Shown here: piece by piece, positions 1 through 8,617 of the stretch
Layout: every line of letters begins with the position of its first letter
How positions within the stretch are numbered: position 1 is the stretch's first letter
Assembly (NCBI GenBank): GCA_009992215.1
Contig: JAACWB010000006.1
Location: forward strand, 1 to 62,518
Length of the DNA: 62,518 nucleotides
Direction: 5' to 3'
DNA from: an archaeon
Lineage (GTDB): Archaea; Nanobdellota; Nanobdellia; Pacearchaeales; GW2011-AR1
Made by a program: the position numbers and the translations under genes
Notes under the pieces: model-generated
Told to the model about the DNA's origin: nothing
The model's input: only the letters and a program-made list of their open reading frames with translations
Database searches by the model: none

Positions 1-607
1 CTGGTCTTGGTTCAAAGATTATTCCTTCTTCTAAAAGCTTTTGGATTTCTTGATTGATAACATCTGGAGACACTTCTCTAAATTTCATAATTATTTGATC
101 AGTATCGATTCCTCCGTCGTTTTCTGAACCTTTTATTGATTCCAAGATTTTGTCTTTTATTGCAACTACTTCTTCTTTTGTTTCAACAGGTCTAGCAGTC
201 ATCTTTCTTTCTTTTTCTATTTCTAATTTTCTTACAAGAAGATATTTTGGATCTTTTTCAGAAATTCCTTCTGGTTGAATATAAGTTTCATTATTCCAAT
301 TTCTAATTACTCCAATTACTGAAACAGTTTGTCCTTGAGTCACATTTTTGAATTTTTTTGTATCATCACCAAAAACTTTTAGTTTTATTTGACCAGAGCC
401 GTCATCAAGAGTAAAAAACATATATTTTTTCTCTCCTTCAGAGTCATATTTGTCCACAATATTTCCAATAACATTTACTCTTGCAAGTTTTTTTTCTCCT
501 AATTCTAAAAATAGAAATTTTTCTTGATCAAAAATTGGTTTTGCTAAAAGTATATCACCAATTCTTAATTTGTATGCAGTATTTCTTTTGAATTCTCCTT
601 CTGTCAT
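1..607 (-). CDS. RPA2/RPA32-like OB-fold ssDNA-binding protein with winged-helix tail (C-terminal end runs off window)
   Basis: Hand translation from ATG at 607..605: MTEGEFKRNTAYKLRIGDILLAKPIF..ARVNVIGNIVDKY..FFTLDDGSGQIKLKVFGDD..GQTVSVIGVIRNWNNETYIQPE, an RPA2/Stn1-type OB pattern. The later segment DQIIMKFREVSPDVINQEIQKLLEEGIIFEPRP looks like a wHTH. It is absent from the ORF track because there is no in-window stop. Confidence 0.6.
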   Translation of the reverse strand, partial: MTEGEFKRNTAYKLRIGDILLAKPIFDQEKFLFLELGEKKLARVNVIGNIVDKYDSEGEKKYMFFTLDDGSGQIKLKVFGDDTKKFKNVTQGQTVSVIGVIRNWNNETYIQPEGISEKDPKYLLVRKLEIEKERKMTARPVETKEEVVAIKDKILESIKGSENDGGIDTDQIIMKFREVSPDVINQEIQKLLEEGIIFEPRP

Positions 608-656
608 GGAGGATAAAAGAATAGTTCTTTTTTAAAGATTTATATGTACTTTTGAG

Positions 657-1505
657 TTAAATTCGGTTTTTACAAGCAAATTTTTTGTCTGTTTTTTTCA
701 TATATTTTAGGGCACTGCAAGATATAATTTTTCCATTATATGTTACAACTGCTTTTTCACTTCCGCAATCACATTTATTTTTTTCAAATGAATTTGTGTA
801 AGTTATTTTTAGATTGTATTTTTCTTTTAATTCTTCAACTTTTTTTGGAAAATTTTCTATTTCTTTTTTATTTAAATTTTCATATGGATTTATTTTTCCT
901 CTTCCTTGTTTTACAAAACGTAGAATGTGCCAAGTCACTTCTTCAAAAGGTTTTTTGCTATCCCAATCTTCTCTTGCAATTTTGTTACATAAACTAACTG
1001 ACCTAGCAATTTCTTCAAGTTTATTGTAATTATCTTTCATCAAAACAGTTTCAAAGGAGGTGTTTATTCCGGCCCATCTAGCATGATCAAATGAATCAAT
1101 CATAAAATCCCAATAAGGAGGATGCCTAATTAGTTGTTTATCAGAAGTTACAATTTCGTCATGTGTGTCATCGTATCCATGCATTGAAAAAATTATTTTA
1201 TCAACATAGGGACTAATCTTATTCATTATTTTTTCAGGTATTTCTTTATATCCTTTAATTCCGCATGAAAGAATTTCTACTATTTTATTTTGTTTTTTTG
1301 TATATTTTAAAATAGGAATAATTTCTTTATGATTAAAGGGTTCTCCCCCTGAATATCGTACAATTTCGAAGTTTGGAAATTGTTTTATAAATTTTTTAAC
1401 GTCTTCTAAAGGCATAAAAGAATTTTTTTCTTCTCCTGCCATTGTAGAACATTGTATGCAATTAAGACAACAATTATTAGTTATTTCAATTGTTAGCTCT
1501 TTCAT
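657..1505 (-). CDS. radical SAM enzyme with extra C-terminal cysteines (possible auxiliary cluster)
   Basis: CxxxCxxC in NNCCLNCIQC and a GGEP motif (RYSGGEPF). C-terminal cysteines: KCDCGSE..SCSALK..FACKN. Start chosen at MKELTIE (1505), which leaves a 1-nt gap after the MCM stop. Confidence 0.8.
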   Translation of the reverse strand: MKELTIEITNNCCLNCIQCSTMAGEEKNSFMPLEDVKKFIKQFPNFEIVRYSGGEPFNHKEIIPILKYTKKQNKIVEILSCGIKGYKEIPEKIMNKISPYVDKIIFSMHGYDDTHDEIVTSDKQLIRHPPYWDFMIDSFDHARWAGINTSFETVLMKDNYNKLEEIARSVSLCNKIAREDWDSKKPFEEVTWHILRFVKQGRGKINPYENLNKKEIENFPKKVEELKEKYNLKITYTNSFEKNKCDCGSEKAVVTYNGKIISCSALKYMKKTDKKFACKNRI

Positions 1506-1506
1506 T

Positions 1507-3600
1507 TTACATTCTTTGATAGTGCCCGTTTCTTGGAGAGAAAATGTCACCTTTCTCTTTTAATTTTTGGAGCGATTCTTCTATTTCAGCTTCAGTTAAT
1601 TTCCCTTCGAGTTTTTCCATTATTTTTTCGAATGGAACGATTTCTCCTATTTCTTGAGAGAGTGTTGAAATTGTGTCACGTACAATGTAAACTTTATTTC
1701 TTTGACTGGCTTTCATTGTTCCAGATATTTTGTCTATATCAAACTGACCTGTTTCTTCATCGTATCCTGTTTGTCTAAGATAATATTCTAATAAATTTAT
1801 TGCAACAATTGCATCTTTTTCTTCAACAAATTCTGAGAGCCTGATTCTTGCAGCAGCTTCACTCATACGGATTAAAGAATTTAGTTGTCTAGCAGAAATT
1901 GGAATTGTTCTCATTTCTTGACCTTCAACAACTGCATGATTTCTTAAGTTCACATAAAAGTCACGCATTTTTTTTACTGCGGCGTCAGTTAAATGTGGTT
2001 TTACTTTTTGTCTTGCATAAGCAACATATTTCATGAAAAGTCCTTTTTCAATTAGCATTTCTTTTGCCTCGGTTTGGTGTTCTTCTAAAATATGATTTGC
2101 AACTTTTGTATCATTTTCAATATTTGGCATATCTCTTAATGTGAAAATAACATCGAAACGATTGATTAATGCTGGAGGTAGATTAATTTGTTGAGGGATT
2201 CCTTGATTGGGGTCGAATCTACCAAACTTTGGATTTGCTGCAGCTAGAACGGAAGTTTGTGCATTTAATGTTGCTTGAACGTTGGCTTTGTTAATAGTTA
2301 CAGTTTGTTGTTCCATTGCTTCGTGCATTGAAGACTGGTCTTGTTCTGCCATTTTTTCTAATTCATCAATACAAACAAGTCCTTTGTTTGCAAGAACCAT
2401 TGCTCCCGCTTCAAGTGACCAACCTTTCAAGTATTCATCTCTAACAACTGATGCTGTTAAACCTGCACCTGAAGTTGATTTACCCACAACGTAACGACCT
2501 TTTGGTGAAATATTGGCCATGAACCCTAAAATAACCGATTTTGCAACACCAGGGTCCCCAATCATCATAATGTGAATATCACCACGAGATTTTTGTCCGT
2601 CTTTTTTTTGTTTTTGAACACCACCAAATAATTGTAAAAGTAAGGAAGATTTTATTTCTTCGTAACCCCAAACTGAAGGAGCAATTGAATCTCTTAATAG
2701 TTGAATAATATTTGGTTTTGCAGCTAGTTGTTGAATATGTTCTTCATCTTCTTCAGAAATATCTAGTTCTTCAAAAGTTTCTTCTAAGGGAATAATATTG
2801 TTTACTTCAATTGCAAGTTCGAAACGAGTTGACAATCCTCCTGAAGGAAGTGGCACTGGAACTTCTTTTAGAACACCAATTACTTTTGCACGTGAACCGG
2901 GAGTTGTTCTCTCTTCCATTTTTGGATCAACTAAATCTTCTTTTACAAAAACATTAATTCTTTTTGGTTGGGCTCCTCCGCTTAGCATGTCTGGTGCTTC
3001 TTCAATTACTAATCTTTGAGTATCAACCATTTCTTTTGAAAGAACTCTAAAACCTCCACGTCTACCACATGAACATCTTGAAGGTTCACGGAATTTCTTT
3101 TCAATTTGCAAGACTGAAATAATTGTTCCACAGCTAGGACATTCAAACTTTGCGTTTACAACTTGTGGACGAACGTCAGAAGATTGACGGATAATTCCTT
3201 CCATAACTAGCATTTCGTTTAAGTGTTTTGCACGAATATTTCTAATCATAATGTCGTGTGATTTTGAAACATTAAAGAAACGAACTCTTACTTTTTCAGC
3301 TAGGCCAATTTCTTCAATTGCCATTTCAAGAATTTGAACTGTTTCGTCCGGCCTTTTTATCACTTCTTCAGCCAAAATTGGAGAATGTTCAGCCATTTCT
3401 TGAAAATCAATGTAGATAACTGAATTTTCATTTCTTAGAGAACTCTTTAGGTTTTTTTTGTATGCTTCAATAAATTTCTTACCTTCTAAAATTAATTCTT
3501 CTCTTTCTTGATTAAAATCGTTAATATCTTTGAATTCTTCCTTTTCAGAATAAATTTCGTCATCTCCTATTCCCTCATTGAAGTCTATTTCACCATCCAT
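1507..3600 (-). CDS. mcm: MCM replicative helicase
   Basis: Zn finger CPSCG..CSCG, Walker A GDPGVAKS, Walker B CIDELEKM, arginine-finger region LINRFDVIF. Length 697 aa. Confidence 0.97.
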   Translation of the reverse strand: MDGEIDFNEGIGDDEIYSEKEEFKDINDFNQEREELILEGKKFIEAYKKNLKSSLRNENSVIYIDFQEMAEHSPILAEEVIKRPDETVQILEMAIEEIGLAEKVRVRFFNVSKSHDIMIRNIRAKHLNEMLVMEGIIRQSSDVRPQVVNAKFECPSCGTIISVLQIEKKFREPSRCSCGRRGGFRVLSKEMVDTQRLVIEEAPDMLSGGAQPKRINVFVKEDLVDPKMEERTTPGSRAKVIGVLKEVPVPLPSGGLSTRFELAIEVNNIIPLEETFEELDISEEDEEHIQQLAAKPNIIQLLRDSIAPSVWGYEEIKSSLLLQLFGGVQKQKKDGQKSRGDIHIMMIGDPGVAKSVILGFMANISPKGRYVVGKSTSGAGLTASVVRDEYLKGWSLEAGAMVLANKGLVCIDELEKMAEQDQSSMHEAMEQQTVTINKANVQATLNAQTSVLAAANPKFGRFDPNQGIPQQINLPPALINRFDVIFTLRDMPNIENDTKVANHILEEHQTEAKEMLIEKGLFMKYVAYARQKVKPHLTDAAVKKMRDFYVNLRNHAVVEGQEMRTIPISARQLNSLIRMSEAAARIRLSEFVEEKDAIVAINLLEYYLRQTGYDEETGQFDIDKISGTMKASQRNKVYIVRDTISTLSQEIGEIVPFEKIMEKLEGKLTEAEIEESLQKLKEKGDIFSPRNGHYQRM

Positions 3601-3674
3601 CTAAAAAAAATGTATATACAGTTTATAAAAATTAGTGGAATGAAAGAAGAGTTTTAGAAAAGTATGTTAAAAAA

Positions 3675-4256
3675 TTAAAATTCACCTTTTTTGTAATCAG
3701 CAAGTGCTTCTTTTACATTTTCAAGTAAATTGTCCATTGATTGTTCTAATTGTTCTTTGTTTTTTGTTCCAGTACAAACAAGTTTACCATTACTGAACAA
3801 TAAAAATGTTGCATTTGGGTCTTCTAATTTGTAAACTAATCCGGGGAATTGTTCTGGCTCATATTCTGTGTTTTCCATAGCTAATGCAAGGTAGTTTAAG
3901 TTAAGTTGTAAATTAATTGTTCCTGAAGCTACAATGTTTTGAACTGTAATTTTTGGTTTAATTGTTACTTCAACATTTACTTTTTTTAATTGTTTGATTA
4001 CTTCATCAATTACTTGTCTAACTTGAGTTAATGATTTTGTTCCTGTACAAACCAAGTTTCCCGAAGAGAAAACTAAAACTGCTGACTTTGGTTCTTTAAT
4101 TCTTAAAACTAGTCCAGGGAATGTTTCAGGATTATATTCAGTGTTTGGTTGAGTTCTAGCTAATTTTGTTAGCGGAACTGGTTTTTCCAAAGAAGTAGTA
4201 GCTACAATGTTTTGAATTTTGTATTCAGATTCTTTTTTGTCAGATTTAGCTGCCAT
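3675..4256 (-). CDS. tbp: TATA-box binding protein
   Basis: Two TBP repeats: IQNIVATTSL..FPGLVLRIKEPKSAVLVFSSGNLVCTG and VQNIVASGT..FPGLVYKLEDPNATFLLFSNGKLVCTG. Confidence 0.95.
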   Translation of the reverse strand: MAAKSDKKESEYKIQNIVATTSLEKPVPLTKLARTQPNTEYNPETFPGLVLRIKEPKSAVLVFSSGNLVCTGTKSLTQVRQVIDEVIKQLKKVNVEVTIKPKITVQNIVASGTINLQLNLNYLALAMENTEYEPEQFPGLVYKLEDPNATFLLFSNGKLVCTGTKNKEQLEQSMDNLLENVKEALADYKKGEF

Positions 4257-4335
4257 GTTTTATAAAAGAAATTGCGGTTTATAAAGGTTTTCGGTTACTT
4301 ACAGGGATATAAATTTTTATAAGTTTTCTTTAGAT

Positions 4336-5661
4336 TTGAATTTTATGGTAAAGGAAAATCTTTATTTGAAATTTGATGAAATACCAAAATGTTTTTATGA
4401 TTCCTCTTTGGATATAGGAGATTGGGAAGAGAAAACAATTTCTGAACTTAAACGAATTGGATATTTCAAAGAAAAAAAAGGCGAGGAGATTATTTTCCCG
4501 GGTGGAGCAAATGTTTTTTTGGATGATTTTTTTGATTACGAACATGATCCTGTTAGATATATTAAAAATAATCATTCAAAATTGAAAAAAGAATATGAGA
4601 AAAAACAAAAGGAAGAGAAGGAAAGGCAAGAAAGACTAGGGACAGATACGAAAATGATTTATTCTGATGAAGATTTGAGACAATTTTTGTATAATAAAGG
4701 AGTTGATATTCCAACAAATGAAATGAGTAGGGAATTTTATTTGAAAAACAGGATGCAAAAAGAAGAGAGGAGCAATTTGGTTAAGTTACTTCGTGGTTAT
4801 TCTGAACATTTAATTAGAGAATATGAAGTTAGTAGCAGGGGTTATGCTTTGTTTGGAATTGGAACTTCAACTTTTTCTGATTCTTATTTTGATTTTTGGA
4901 AAAATAGATTTAATGAAGATGGATTTGATGAAAATACAGAATTTATTGAAAAATCATGGGCAATTGTTGAACAAAATATTTCTAGGCCAAAGACTTATGA
5001 AGAATATGTTGAGCAATGTTTTAATTTTAGTTCAGCTTTTGATGAGAAAATACGGCCTTCTTCAAAAGAACAATTTGAATTTATAAAAAAAGAAGAACAG
5101 GAAAGATATTTGAAGAAAAAAAATCTTGGTGAATATTTTAAGAGAAAGGGAGAAGATTTAGATTTTTCTATTTGTCTTGAAGAATTATATGGTGAAACTT
5201 GTGGAAATCTTCCAACTAATAGATATGTTGAAAATAAAAATTCTGTTCGTTTTTCTAAAAGACAAATTGATGTATTCAAAGAAAATTTTCTTGAATATTT
5301 GAAATTAAATAATTTTGATTTTAAAGAAGAAATTAGTTTTTTGGATTCAGGAAATTGGGACAAAGATGAAAAAGGAAATTTGATTAGAATGAAAAATATT
5401 AAAGATGTTAAATCTGGAGTTTCAACAGTTCGTGTTAATTTTACTGAAGGAAGAAGTATGCATTTTTATTTCCAGAATGAAATGGCAGATATGAAATTAA
5501 AAAAAGAGAGGATTGACAATAGTTATTTTGTTCAACTTATGCGTGGTCAATTTCATTTTGATTCTCTTTTTGATTCTGTTAATGATTTAGAAGCAGCAAT
5601 TAGAAATGGAGAAAAAACTGGTGTTTTTGAAAATCCTCTTGTGTTGAAATGGAAAAAATAA
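4336..5661 (+). CDS. hypothetical protein (Lys/Glu-rich)
   Basis: Long ORF of 441 aa with no motif I recognise. Confidence 0.5.
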   Translation: MNFMVKENLYLKFDEIPKCFYDSSLDIGDWEEKTISELKRIGYFKEKKGEEIIFPGGANVFLDDFFDYEHDPVRYIKNNHSKLKKEYEKKQKEEKERQERLGTDTKMIYSDEDLRQFLYNKGVDIPTNEMSREFYLKNRMQKEERSNLVKLLRGYSEHLIREYEVSSRGYALFGIGTSTFSDSYFDFWKNRFNEDGFDENTEFIEKSWAIVEQNISRPKTYEEYVEQCFNFSSAFDEKIRPSSKEQFEFIKKEEQERYLKKKNLGEYFKRKGEDLDFSICLEELYGETCGNLPTNRYVENKNSVRFSKRQIDVFKENFLEYLKLNNFDFKEEISFLDSGNWDKDEKGNLIRMKNIKDVKSGVSTVRVNFTEGRSMHFYFQNEMADMKLKKERIDNSYFVQLMRGQFHFDSLFDSVNDLEAAIRNGEKTGVFENPLVLKWKK

Positions 5662-6750
5662 TTATTTCTTCTTTGTAAATTCTTTATTCACATATTCAAT
5701 TAACTCTCTTCCTTTTAGTTCAATTGTTTGTGGGCCAACTCTAGTATAGAAGAGTTCATCTTTGCCTTCAATTATAAAAACTGGAGAGTTTGATTTTTTA
5801 CATTCAACTCTTAAAATGTGTCTATCTTTAATTGGAATTAATTTTGATTCAATTAATCCTAAATATTTTTTTCCTATTTTTTGTTTTAGCAAATTTGTGA
5901 AATGTAAAAAGAATTTATCTTCGTTTTCAAATTTGTCTGCTTCTATTCCTAGAATTTTTATTTTGTCTGTTATTCCAATGTAGAGAGTTCCACCTTTTGT
6001 GTTTAGAAAAGCAGCGATTGTTTTTAGAACGCTTTGTTCAATTTTTTTATCTGGTTGATTTGTGTATAAGTTTGTTCTTAGTGTCGCTTTGAATTCTTGC
6101 GTTTCATTTTCTCCTTCTTTTATTTCTTTTATTATTTCTTCAATTGAAACTGATTTTTTGAAAAAGTCTTTATTTACAAATTTTAATTTCTGAATTAGCT
6201 TATGAATTATTGAAAAATGTGTTTTCATGTATACAAAACCTATTATTGAAGCTAATGCTGCGCCGATTGAAACATAAATTAAATTTTGCATTGTGAAAAG
6301 ATAAATTCCTTCATTTAATTCATGGTGTAAAACTAGTTTCAAAAGATATTTTGCAATTTCTAGGAGGGCACCAAATGTTATTGCAAGACTAAAAGAGAAG
6401 AGAATTATTAAAAAATAATTTTTTTTGATTTGGTTCGTTGAATAAAGAATAAACAAAAATAAAAGTCCAATTAATCCGACACCTACTCCGAATAAAATAG
6501 GCGCAATAATTCCAGTTAGTTTTCCAAGAGACAAAGTTATCAATACAAAAATTAAAAGTGTAATTTCAAATGAAGTGGGAAATTTTATTTTTGTGTATTT
6601 TTTTAATATTTGTGGAGTGAAAGTTAGGAAGAGTAAAAATATATTTGTTGAAGCGATGTGCCACAGATGATTATGTAAAGAAGTAATGATTGAAAGAATT
6701 AAAACTAGTTTCACTGAAATTGAGAGGTATTTATTAAAATTTTCAGACAT
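5662..6750 (-). CDS. multi-pass membrane protein with C-terminal AlbA_2/Schlafen-type domain
   Basis: The first ~190 aa are hydrophobic helices. The C-terminus carries ENETQEFKATLRTNLYT..LKTIAAFLNTKGGTLYIGITD, typical of the AlbA_2 (divergent AAA_4) domain. Confidence 0.55.
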   Translation of the reverse strand: MSENFNKYLSISVKLVLILSIITSLHNHLWHIASTNIFLLFLTFTPQILKKYTKIKFPTSFEITLLIFVLITLSLGKLTGIIAPILFGVGVGLIGLLFLFILYSTNQIKKNYFLIILFSFSLAITFGALLEIAKYLLKLVLHHELNEGIYLFTMQNLIYVSIGAALASIIGFVYMKTHFSIIHKLIQKLKFVNKDFFKKSVSIEEIIKEIKEGENETQEFKATLRTNLYTNQPDKKIEQSVLKTIAAFLNTKGGTLYIGITDKIKILGIEADKFENEDKFFLHFTNLLKQKIGKKYLGLIESKLIPIKDRHILRVECKKSNSPVFIIEGKDELFYTRVGPQTIELKGRELIEYVNKEFTKKK

Positions 6751-6797
6751 ATGAAAAGAAGGTAGCTTTGGTTTTTATTGTTTATTGGTTTTTATTG

Positions 6798-7517
6798 TTA
6801 GATTAATTTGAATTCTTTTTTCTTATATTTATTTTTACAAGGACTTCCATTTGTTATATAATATAAAATATATTTGGTTTTTTTCTTTTCTAAAATTGCT
6901 GATGAAATGGTTTCAGATGAATCATGTCTACAAATATTTCCAACTGAAGCATTAGAATGATATTTGAGAATTTTTGTTAATTTAAAGGAAGATTTTATTT
7001 TTTTGCATAATTTTTTTGTATTTTTTAATCTTTCATGTTGTTCCTTATTTTTTGAATCTAATTTTTTTAGTAATTGAAAAGTATTTGTTTTGAAAATATT
7101 TTTATTATAAGTTTTTTGTTTTATTTTATTTAATGCTATTTCTATAATTATTGCTTCTTTTTCATTTGCAATTAAAACTGTTCTTGAGTTTTCTATTTTT
7201 TCTTCTAAAATTAATTTATTAAATAATTTTGTTGCTTCCTTTGGAGATTTTGCTTGTTTTATAACTTTTTTTGAGATATGAAATGTTCCAGAAGATTTGA
7301 ATCCTTTTCTTTTTTCTTTATATGGGCCAGTTAGAGTATTTATTGAAAAATATTTGTTTGCAGCAAACCAATATCCTGTTTTTTGTTTATCATAAAAATA
7401 AATTTCTTTTTTGGTTATTTTTAAAAAATTTTTCGGAAAAGGCTTGTTTTTTGGTAAATCTCTATTTTTGAAAATAACATATCCTTGTTTTGTTTTTATC
7501 CACCCTGATGTACACAT
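6798..7517 (-). CDS. Ntn-hydrolase-like protein (Cys2 nucleophile; C45/choloylglycine-hydrolase-like)
   Basis: Starts MCTSGWIKTKQGYVIFKNRDL. The pattern is Met-Cys followed by NRD. Confidence 0.4.
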   Translation of the reverse strand: MCTSGWIKTKQGYVIFKNRDLPKNKPFPKNFLKITKKEIYFYDKQKTGYWFAANKYFSINTLTGPYKEKRKGFKSSGTFHISKKVIKQAKSPKEATKLFNKLILEEKIENSRTVLIANEKEAIIIEIALNKIKQKTYNKNIFKTNTFQLLKKLDSKNKEQHERLKNTKKLCKKIKSSFKLTKILKYHSNASVGNICRHDSSETISSAILEKKKTKYILYYITNGSPCKNKYKKKEFKLI

Positions 7518-7591
7518 ATTTGAAAAAGTGTAACTTTACTTATATAATTTTGTTTAGAAGTTTTTTTAAAGAATTTTTTCTTGAATTGTTT

Positions 7592-8617
7592 ATGAATATT
7601 ATCAAATATGGGGGTTCTTATTTTGATATAGGGAGAAAAATAGGTATTGATTATAAAAGACAAGGTATGATTTTAGATAGACCTCTTGAAAAGAAAATAT
7701 TTTTCACTCAATTAAAAATTTTTAAGAAGTTTTATCCAGAATACTTGGAAGAATTAAGAGGAATAGCAGAAGGTATCGGGTGTGAATATCAACAAGTTTT
7801 ACAATCTTTTTTACAAAGAGTTGTTTTACCTAAAAAAAAGAATGAGAAAAAGAGAAAACATTGCAGTATTTTTGGTGTCAAGAATTCTAAGGAATTAATT
7901 GTCGGAAGAAATTATGATTGGATTCCAGAAGCAAAAAAATATTCTAAAATTTATTTTGTGAATAATAAAGAAGCAAATTCTTATTTTGGTTTTAGTGATA
8001 GAGGAATTTGGAAGGAAGGGAAAGTTAATGAATCTGAATTGGAAGTTTATACTGTTGGTGCTTTGAATGAAAATGGATTGTATATAGGATTGACTTGGGG
8101 AGACCCAGTTGATTTTCCTGGAAAGGGAATTGGTTCTGGAGTTTTTATTAAAATGATTGCAGAAAAGTGTTCTAATGTTTCAGATGCAGTAAAACTGTTT
8201 AATAAAGTTCCTTTGAATTTCTCTAAAAATTATTTTGTTGTAGATTCTGAAGGAAATATGAAAGTTTTGGAGTTCAATGGAAAAAAGAAAAAAGTTGTTG
8301 AACCTAAAGAAGATATTTTGATAAAGACAAATCATTATTTGAATTATGAATTGTCAAAAAATGATTCTGTGTTAAAAAAGAAAGGAAATTCGACATTTTT
8401 GAGGTATTATGAAATTTTAAAATATGTTGAAGAAAGAAAGGATAAATTTAAAATTGGTGATGTTAAGAATTTGCTTTGTGATAAGAATAGATACGTTTAC
8501 AGACAAGGCGAAAAGGTAAATACTATTTGGACTTTAGCATTAGATATGACAAAAAGAAAATATTTTATTTATTATGAAAGAAATGGAAAGATTATTTCTA
8601 AGGAGTTGAAATTTTAA
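7592..8617 (+). CDS. peptidase C45 / acyl-CoA:6-APA acyltransferase-like Ntn hydrolase
   Basis: MNIIKYGGSYFDIGRKIG start, internal HCSIFGV..VGRNYDW (propeptide, Cys nucleophile, N-x-D). Start trimmed from the ORF-track 7490 to avoid overlap with the divergent gene. Confidence 0.55.
   Translation: MNIIKYGGSYFDIGRKIGIDYKRQGMILDRPLEKKIFFTQLKIFKKFYPEYLEELRGIAEGIGCEYQQVLQSFLQRVVLPKKKNEKKRKHCSIFGVKNSKELIVGRNYDWIPEAKKYSKIYFVNNKEANSYFGFSDRGIWKEGKVNESELEVYTVGALNENGLYIGLTWGDPVDFPGKGIGSGVFIKMIAEKCSNVSDAVKLFNKVPLNFSKNYFVVDSEGNMKVLEFNGKKKKVVEPKEDILIKTNHYLNYELSKNDSVLKKKGNSTFLRYYEILKYVEERKDKFKIGDVKNLLCDKNRYVYRQGEKVNTIWTLALDMTKRKYFIYYERNGKIISKELKF

Noticed and set aside
740-1029. Plus-strand ORFs 740..997 and 814..1029, and many similar track ORFs (for example 2282..2494, 2798..3019, 8813..9148, 9449..9760, 14884..15381, 20615..21157, 49317..49667, 51813..52241, 57732..58064).
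   Set aside because: They lie antisense within long, motif-supported genes. Their Phe/Leu/Ser-rich, low-complexity translations are typical of shadow ORFs in AT-rich DNA.
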